Notes under the pieces: generated by a model
Seen by the model: only the letters and a program-made list of their open reading frames with translations
Databases searched by the model: none
What the model was told of the DNA's origin: nothing
Made by a program: the position numbers and the translations under genes
Assembly (NCBI RefSeq): GCF_001194135.2
Contig: NC_068994.1
Coordinates: 4,337,436 to 4,377,659 of the forward strand
Source: Octopus bimaculoides
Taxonomy: Eukaryota
Length of the DNA stretch: 40,224 nt
Reading direction: 5' to 3'
Part shown: in pieces, positions 32,397-40,224 of the stretch
How the letters are laid out: the number at the start of each line of letters is the position of its first letter
Numbering within the stretch: position 1 is the stretch's first letter

Positions 32397-32554
32397 ACAG
32401 GTATGGTTGTGAGGTAAGAAGTTTGCTCTCCAACCACATGGTTCCAGGTTCAGTCCCACTGCATGGCACCTTGGACAAGTATCTTCTACTATAGTCTTAG
32501 GCTGACCAAAGCCTTGTGAGTGGGTTTGGCATCTGGAAACTGAAAGAAGCCTGT

Positions 32555-32598
<44 letters not shown>

Positions 32599-32722
32599 CA
32601 TGTGATGGGCTTCTTTCAGTTTCCATTTACCAAATCCACTCCCAAGATGCCACACAGTGAAACTGAACCTGGAACCATGTGGTTGGGAAGCAAGCTTCTT
32701 ACCACATAGCCACGCCTGTGCC
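32397..32722. mobile_element. Two SINE family A head halves in inverted orientation around a (CA)n/(TA)n array
   Basis: Plus head 32397-32556; minus head 32603-32722 (internally deleted). Confidence 0.85.
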
Positions 32723-33703
32723 TTTTATGTATATATACATTTATGTTCCTGTGAATGGGTGTGTATGTATGCACATGCCATGTGAATGAGTGTATAAATA
32801 CTGTATGTATATGTGTGTGTGTTTGTACATGTGTGTGGATGGGGATATCTATATAGAAGTGTGTGTAAATATGCACGTCATGTGAATAGTGTGTGTATGT
32901 GTAGGATGTATGTTATGTGTGTGTTTGTGTGTGTGTGAAATAATTTGATATAAAACATGTCATTTCATGTGGCGTTTCTCTTTATTTTTCTTTCAACATA
33001 TTTCATCTTCCAAGTTTTTTAACCAGGGCCTACGCCTCCCCACCCCAACCCCATCTTTCACATCCACGCCCCCACCCCCTATTCCACCTAAACCCCCTAT
33101 TTTCACTCCCTTTAATCCCCCCTCCTCCCTGAACAACATCCCATTCCCCTCCCCTCCACAAAACCCCATTCAAAGACCTCCCTTCCACCTCTCCCCTCGT
33201 CCACCAACACTGTTTTCCACCACCACCACCACTATCCTATTCACTTCCACCCTCATTCCACCCCCACAGCTGTTAAACTCTCTATGGAGGACCCCCTTTA
33301 TCATTATAGAAACTTTACTCTGCAGCCTACTGTGATAGAGATAGATAGAGAGAGAGAGAGAGAGAGAGGGTGGAGAGAAGGAAACTACTAGCAACCCCCC
33401 TCTCCCCCCTCTCTGTCTCTCTGTCCCTTCCTCCCCTCTTCCTCATGTCCCTGTGTCTCATAAACTGCCATGCTACCAAGCAATGTAAATGGAGCATTTA
33501 ACCAACCTTCCACCCCTCCTTTTGAAATGAAAATGGGTTGAGATCTGGAAATAGGATCGTTTCACTTGACGATCTGGGAGCTGAAATAGTTCGAAGGGTG
33601 TGACTTGAATATCAGCTTATAGGGTTGTTAGCAGAGTGAGGGGCATATGCTGTGTTAGTGTTTGTAGGGGCTGTTTCCTCTAGTTGAGCAACAGGGACAG
33701 TCC

Positions 33704-33797
33704 TGTAGAAGACACTTGCTCAAAGTGCCATGCAGTGGGACTGAACTTAACACCATGTGGTTAGGAAGCAAACATTATTACCACACGGCCACACCTG
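33704..33797 (-). mobile_element. SINE family A head fragment
   Basis: tagaagacacttgctcaaagtgccatgcagtgggactgaac...ccatgtggttaggaagc. Confidence 0.8.
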
Positions 33798-34462
33798 TTG
33801 TATTAAAATTAAATAGGTGGGTTGCTGCTGCTGCTGTTAGTGTTGTGAGGCAATAGATCTGCACCAGGGGAGGCTTTTGCTTTGGTCTTGACATGGGAGT
33901 AACTGCCCCAGCGTCCATTTACAATATTAGGATATCCGACCGAGTTAAGCCGGCCTCACTACTTGCACAGCATTTTCATCTGGTGACTGTAAAAATCCAG
34001 TGGATTTGGGATTAGCGCAAAGTGGTTGCATGGGGAGGATTAAATTATTGTTGTTCACCCTTTACCCCTCCACCCCACCATCCTTCCTGCTCCTGAGATA
34101 TGATTAAGAGTGCAGCACCCTTTGGTCATATCTGCCTATCCCCTCCACCCCAATCTAAATGCGTGCATTTAAGGAATCCCTTTCATGTGTGCTTTATACG
34201 TCCCTGCTTGTACTGTAGCCTCAACCACCACACGGTCACTTACACACTCTCACCTGTACATATGCCACTGCCTGCAGTCACGCACACCCACACATGCTGA
34301 CACCTACACACGTGCACATGCATTCTGCTGGTTCTCCTTATACATATACACACACACATACAACAAGTAGCCAAAATAGATAACGCATACACACACACAC
34401 ACACACACACTCACACACACACACATACTGTAGAACACCAGCATGAAACACAGGTCACCTAC

Positions 34463-34645
<183 letters not shown>

Positions 34646-34977
34646 TGTATAATTTTTTATCTCCTTGGCTGACTTTCCACCCCAGGTGTGACAAGGGTAT
34701 TTATCAGTTATATTTACTGCTGTCTCTGTTTTATCCTCTTAACACCTCTCTGTTCAAACTATAATCTTTGTGTGTATATGGATGTGCATTTGTCTATTAC
34801 ACACACACATATACAAATGGGTTTATGTATGACTGTATGACAAACACATATACTCACACACACACATTTTTATGTTCCCTAATCCACAATTGCCCGAGGA
34901 AAGGGACGATGAAACTCAGAGTAGCATTTCACATAAGCTCATCTCTCTCTCTTTATATATATATATATATATATATA

Positions 34978-35462
34978 TCATCATCATCACCATCATCACC
35001 ATCAACACTTAACGTCCACTTTCCATGCTAGCATGGGTTGGACAATTTGACTGAGGACTGGTGAACCAGAAGGCTGCACCAGGCTCCGATCTGATCTGGC
35101 AGAGTTTCTACAGCTGGATGCCTTTCCTAACGCCAACCACTCCGAGAGTGTAGTAGGTGCTTTTTATGTGCCACCGGCACGAGGGCCAGTCAGGCGGTAT
35201 TGGCAATGGCCACGCTCAAGTGGTGTTTTTTACGTGCCACCTGCACAGGAGCCAGTCCAGCGGCACTGGCAATGACCTCACTTGAATGTTTTTTCACGTG
35301 CCAGTAAGGCGACGCTGGTAATGAACACATTCGAATGGTGCTTTTTACATGCCACCAGCACGTAAGCCAGTCAGCTGCTCTGGCAGCGATCTCACTCAGA
35401 TGGTGCTCTTAGCGCTTCCACTGGCGTGGGTGCTAGTCATCGAATTTGATTTGATTTTGATA
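34978..35462 (-). mobile_element. RTE 3'-UTR copy with about four internal 50-75 bp repeats
   Basis: Recurring ggtg(c/t)ttttt(a/c)cgtgcca...gccagtc...ctggca unit. Confidence 0.9.
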
Positions 35463-35947
35463 TAACTTGCCTCAACAGAGCTCACATAGGTCCTTTTGAC
35501 TTGATTTCTATGGTTAGATGCTCTTCATAGTGCCATTGTAAAGAGAAGTTAAAATGAGAGAGAGATGTAGAGAGTGGTATTTTTGTGGATGTAAATGGTT
35601 GTTCACCGAAACCACTTATAACCATGGAGGGACAGTGTATGGTCCTTGTAGGGTCTCCATGGCTTGTGCGAGTAAGGCCAGATGTTATCCTCAGTCCAGA
35701 AACGACACCGGAATATTCATAACGCAGTGGGCTCTACCAAAGACACCCGAGTGTCATTGGTGGTGGGCCAGAGGCTGTAGAAGTACAAGGGGATTCAGAC
35801 ACATTGATGCAAGGCCTTAATCACACACACAGACACACACACACACTTTTGTTTATATTCCCTACACACACATCCACAGCTGTACATAAATGTGGCATTT
35901 TATCCACTCAGACCCTCATATCTATCTTATATGCTCTGTGTATGTGG

Positions 35948-35948
<1 letters not shown>

Positions 35949-36040
<92 letters not shown>
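35949..36040. repeat. Long pure (TA)n array
   Basis: About 40 uninterrupted TA units. Confidence 0.97.
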
Positions 36041-36042
<2 letters not shown>

Positions 36043-36657
36043 TAGACACACACACATACACTCACACACACAGTCTATCAATACTTGTAATCTTGTAATT
36101 TCTCTCTCATATATTATATATATATATGTGTGTGTGTCTGTGTGTCCATTAATCTATTAACATCCACACATCCTCTTTCTCTCCCACCCCTTACTCTTCC
36201 TTGCCACCCCCCAATTCCCTGCTTATTTCTCTGTTGTCATAGTATTCTAGTTGCTATAGCAACCTTTAAAATGTTATTTTCATAAATGAAAATAGAAAAG
36301 CAACTTACTGGGTGTGTGGGTGTGGTCGGCTGAGTGAGGGAGAACGAGAGTGTGAGGGTGAGTGCCGATATGAGTCTTTGTCGTATGTTGTTTGATGGGT
36401 GTGGTGTCTGTGTAGACATCAGCTGTTGAGTGTAATCTGTGTGTGTGTGTGTATATATACATATATACCTAATCTGGTATGTGTGCATATGTGTATGTTT
36501 CTATATGTAGTATTATGAGTGCTCAGTTAAGTGGTACTCACATAATGGAGTGAAGCCCCAAATTTCCATTTACGGTGATCCCTTGTTTTGCCCCTAAGTC
36601 TGATTATGGAATTTCACTCTTGAGGGCATTGTAAAGTATGTCCCTTAATTTCAGAGT

Positions 36658-36890
36658 CATCGTCATATCATCGTTGTTTTAATGTCCACTTTCCCCTGCT
36701 TGCATGGCTCAGATGGGTGTTTCGTTGTGGCAGATTTTCTATAACTGGACGCTCTAGCTGTTGCCAACCTTCACCTGTTTCCAATGAAGATATAATTCCC
36801 CCATGGCCAAACATGTTTTTCACAGAGGATTGGAAATGAATAGTACTTGTTCACAACCATCATGTGGTATCAAAACAGGGGCTGTCCACA
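36658..36890 (-). mobile_element. RTE-type 3'-tail copy, variant subfamily
   Basis: catcgttgttttaatgtccacttttccc...ggcagattttctataactggacgc...ccatggccaaacatgttttt. Confidence 0.7.
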
Positions 36891-37155
36891 CACACACACA
36901 CATTAAGGTGAGAAGGTAGCGCTGTTGGTGGGAGAGGCTAGGAAGGTAAAGGAGGAGGATGAAATACATAATAAATTAAAATAAGATAAAATACAATAAA
37001 AAGCAGTTGGAGTTTATGTAGATGTGAGGAGGTTTAGTTTTCTGTAATAGGTTTAAGGATAAAAGAGTTCTAATGGTTTATGGATTTAAGGATTTATGAA
37101 AGTTTTATGGATGCAGAAGTAGACTTAGATAACTACAAAGACAGACAGACATCGG

Positions 37156-37366
37156 CATCATGGCACTCCGTCAGTTACGATGTCGAGGGTCCCAGTTGAT
37201 CCGATCAACAGAACAGCCTGCTCTTGAAATTAAAGTGCAAGTGGCTGAGCACTCCACAGACACATCTACCCTTAATGTAGTTCTTGGGGAGATTCAGTGT
37301 GACACAGAGGGTGACAAGGAAGGCCCTTTGAAATACAGGTACAACAGAAACAGGAAGAAAGAGTGA
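37156..37366 (-). mobile_element. SINE family D, 3' part
   Basis: Reverse complement of 5640-5850. Confidence 0.8.
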
Positions 37367-37487
37367 AATGTTTTCCGAAAAATACTCAATACATTTGAAG
37401 ACTGTGTTATTTCATTAGAAAATAACTATTTTTCAATCTCACAACGAGAGATATTCAGCAACAGTATTTTGGAGTAAAGATTATTTC

Positions 37488-37747
37488 CCAACATAACATG
37501 GCAGTCCTGGTTTAGGATGAATGTTGCTGTAATTTAGCCCCAGGAGACATCGTCTCCAGCTGGCTGTATGACACGATCTGTGACCTTATATTTGCAAACA
37601 AGGGAATCTAGCTGAGTGGGGAGTTAGATTCCCTTGTTCGAATATATAAAGACACAGATCGTGTCGTATAGCCAGCTGGAGACAATGTCTCCCGGGGCTA
37701 AATTACAGCAACATTCGTCCTAAACCAGGACTGCCATGTTATGTTGG
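37488..37747. mobile_element. 260-bp fold-back MITE with near-perfect arms of about 124 bp
   Basis: ccaacataacatggcagtcctggtttagga... pairs with ...tcctaaaccaggactgccatgttatgttgg; about 10 mismatches by eye, several at CpG sites; loop of about 12 nt; no TSD recognised. Confidence 0.9.
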
Positions 37748-38439
37748 CAGACAGTGTTGTTTCATGTTTCAAAGTTTACTTAAACTTGGAACATGTTTCA
37801 TCTTGGGGAGACAACCAAACTGCTTCCAGAAACATCTGTGTGTGTGTGTATGTGTGCTTCTACTTACCTTGGTGGAAGGTATTTATTTATTTTAGCCGCC
37901 AAGGCCAATCAAGGGCAATACCTTCAAAGGTTGGAATGGCTGCATGCCACTCCTCCACCCCACCTCCACCTCACACCTTCTGCCTTGTCACCACTCAGCC
38001 ATGGAAAGAGTTGAACCTGTTTTATTGTTCAGCCAGGTGTAGCTGCAATGTGGGGGTGGGGGTGGTAGTAGTAACAACAGCAATGGTAGTGGTGGTGGTA
38101 GTGTCAACTCCTAGTCCATAGTCACTCATTATATCTCATTTTACCCACTCACATCTGACCTGCTAGACATAGAAACCAAATCTCCCCCCAATTCTACCCA
38201 CCTCACCCCCTCAAGCCACACCCTCTGTATTAGATTACCTGGAACGATGTTCTCTCCTGGATGGTCACAGCTGGAATGTCCTTGACCCCCACCTCCACCC
38301 GAGCTGACCTGCCGCCACCATTGTTATTGTAATGGTCTCAGACCACACCCACCACCCCATGGAGGAGGATTGGTTACCTCTGTGGTGGTGGTCATGCAGG
38401 TTGCCCTAATAAACTGCATGACCCTCACACTGGTGCATG

Positions 38440-38700
38440 ACTTTCATCTCTAATAACATACTACTGCTACTACTACTACCTCCACCACTACCAACAATAA
38501 CAACACTACTACTACTACTATCTGACTGTAACTACCAACTACCTGACCTCCAACCATCAACAATACTAATGCCATTAGTGGTGGTGGTGGTGGTGGTAGT
38601 GGTCTTACCACTACCTCTACCACCACACCTCCTCTTACCTCCCCCCCCCTCGCCAATTCGTTCCACCTACCCACCCCTCCGCCTGCCAGCAACCCTGTCT
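38440..38700. repeat. Mixed trinucleotide low-complexity block (CTA/CAA/GTG/CCA)
   Basis: Direct reading. Confidence 0.85.
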
Positions 38701-38998
38701 TTAAGCTTCCTACTCACATCTGCTACTTTGTGTGTGTTTGTGTGTAAACTGCATCGTGTGTGTGTGTGAGTGTGTGACTGGGAATCAGACATGTATGAGC
38801 ACTGACTGTGTGTGTGTGTGTGTGTATATATGTTGAAGTGTGTTTGTAAGATGTGAACTGTAAGAGGATCTGTATATCAGTGGTTTGTGTTATATATATA
38901 TACATGCATACATACATACATGTTATGTGTGATCTGTAGGAGGCCATGTATATTAGTGGTTTGTGTGTATATATACACATACATACGTTTCTGTGTGT

Positions 38999-39038
<40 letters not shown>

Positions 39039-39066
39039 NNNNNNNNNNNNNNNNNNNNNNNNNNNN

Positions 39067-39177
<111 letters not shown>

Positions 39178-39757
39178 AATATATAATATATATATATATA
39201 TTCACATACAAAAACATATCTATATATATATATATATACATACACACACACGTGTGTGTGAACTGTTGGAGGTTATGTATGTTAGAAATATGTGTTGTGT
39301 ATATTTATGTATGAGTGTGGGAGGTTCTGTGTCTGTTAGGCTTGTGTGTGTGTGTGTATACGCTTGTGTGTGTGTGTGTGTATGAGGGTGTTGAAATGTC
39401 AGCAACATGTGTAGCAGCTTTCTCTGACTCACTCTCCTACAATTGATCTTTGTTGTTGTTGTTGTTACTGCTGCTGCTGTTGTTATTAGTAACCAGCAGT
39501 ACACACTCCCCCTCTCTACCTCCCCTCCCCCACTCTCTGTTATTGTTAGGTTTTCCCTTATATTTTCTTTCAAAGCAGGGTCCCAGCCCTTAACATTACA
39601 ATTCCTTCTGTTCAACCCTGGTCCTATACCAGTCACTTGGTGGGGGAGACCAGAATCTCAAAGTGACTACTTGACCTGCCAGAAACAGCAGCCAGATCCT
39701 TCTCAAATCACACACAAAAGAAAGGACACATTCACTTATGTCTAAATAAATAAAAGA

Positions 39758-39965
39758 CAGGATGGTCACAGCTGGGTTGTCTTGGATCACAGGTCTGCTG
39801 GATCAAGATTAAACTAGGATTAAACAAGTAATTTTATATAATATACTATGACTAAAGAAAAAGGGCAGGATGGTCATAGTTGGAGTGTCTCAGATCATAG
39901 GTCTGCTGGATCAAGATTAAACTAGGATTAATAAAAAAGAACAGGATGGTCACAGCTGGACTGTC
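39758..39965 (+). repeat. Tandem of about 2.4 copies of a 66-bp unit
   Basis: caggatggtca(c/t)ag(c/t)tgg at 39758, 39866 and 39942; aggtctgctggatcaagattaaactaggattaa identical in units 1 and 2; related motif at about 38258. Confidence 0.85.
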
Positions 39966-40224
39966 TGCCAGCTCATTGATATTTAGAAATTTATGGAACA
40001 CACACACCCCTACCACCACTGGGACCACCTCTGGGTTCCTCCCATTCTCCTTTTTTTATTGTTGATTTTATTTTTGTTATTAACCCCCCCCCAGGCTGCT
40101 CTATTTCCACTCCATTCACCCCCTCCTCTTTCAGTCTCTTCTGTTTCTCTCAGCATTTAGTTAGCCACCTCCCCTCCCTCTCACTTCCTACTCTCTCCCC
40201 TCTCCCCCTCTCATCTCCCCACCT

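Noticed and set aside
9805-33797. tRNA genes suggested by B-box-like GGTTC(A/G) motifs
   Set aside because: All run into SINE bodies and no complete cloverleaf could be folded.
35554-35820. 88-aa ORF, with splice-like signals on both strands (ATGGCTTGTGCGA|GTAAGG; strong minus acceptor)
   Set aside because: No homology, and every minus frame stops shortly after the acceptor; evidence is insufficient.
38390-38423. 10-bp stem GGTCATGCAG/CTGCATGACC with AATAAA in the loop
   Set aside because: An isolated short hairpin with no supporting context; plausible by chance in 40 kb.
39758-39965. CRISPR-like repeat-spacer appearance
   Set aside because: Only 2-3 units of about 66 bp with very unequal spacers, no cas genes, and an animal genome context.

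Overview
A repeat-saturated, AT-rich animal genomic window with seven N-gaps. The dense (CA)n/(TA)n/(CAT)n microsatellites and the SINE/RTE families point to an octopod cephalopod; this is inference from repeat content, not a database match. No host protein-coding gene could be identified with confidence, and nearly all ORFs in the supplied track are microsatellite or gap artefacts. The real coding homologies are all transposon relics: an RTE LINE 3' end (19.05-19.93 kb, minus), a CR1/L2-like LINE 3' end (17.6-18.0 kb, minus), a decayed Penelope-like reverse transcriptase (27.1-28.3 kb, minus) and a Tc1/mariner DD37D (maT-type) transposase fragment (29.94-30.24 kb, plus). Around them lie many tRNA-derived SINEs of at least three families, 13 RTE 3'-tail copies and several MITE-like inverted repeats. 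Two CpG-retaining, ETS-motif-bearing islands (about 10.9-11.8 and 14.0-16.45 kb) look like promoters. The most interesting signal is six dispersed, partly decayed type I minimal hammerhead-ribozyme-like motifs (2182, 2449, 4453, 18434, 20196, 22431) of at least five sequence types, with the short stem III typical of Penelope-associated dimeric hammerheads. Repeat boundaries were read by eye and are approximate (about +/-20 bp).
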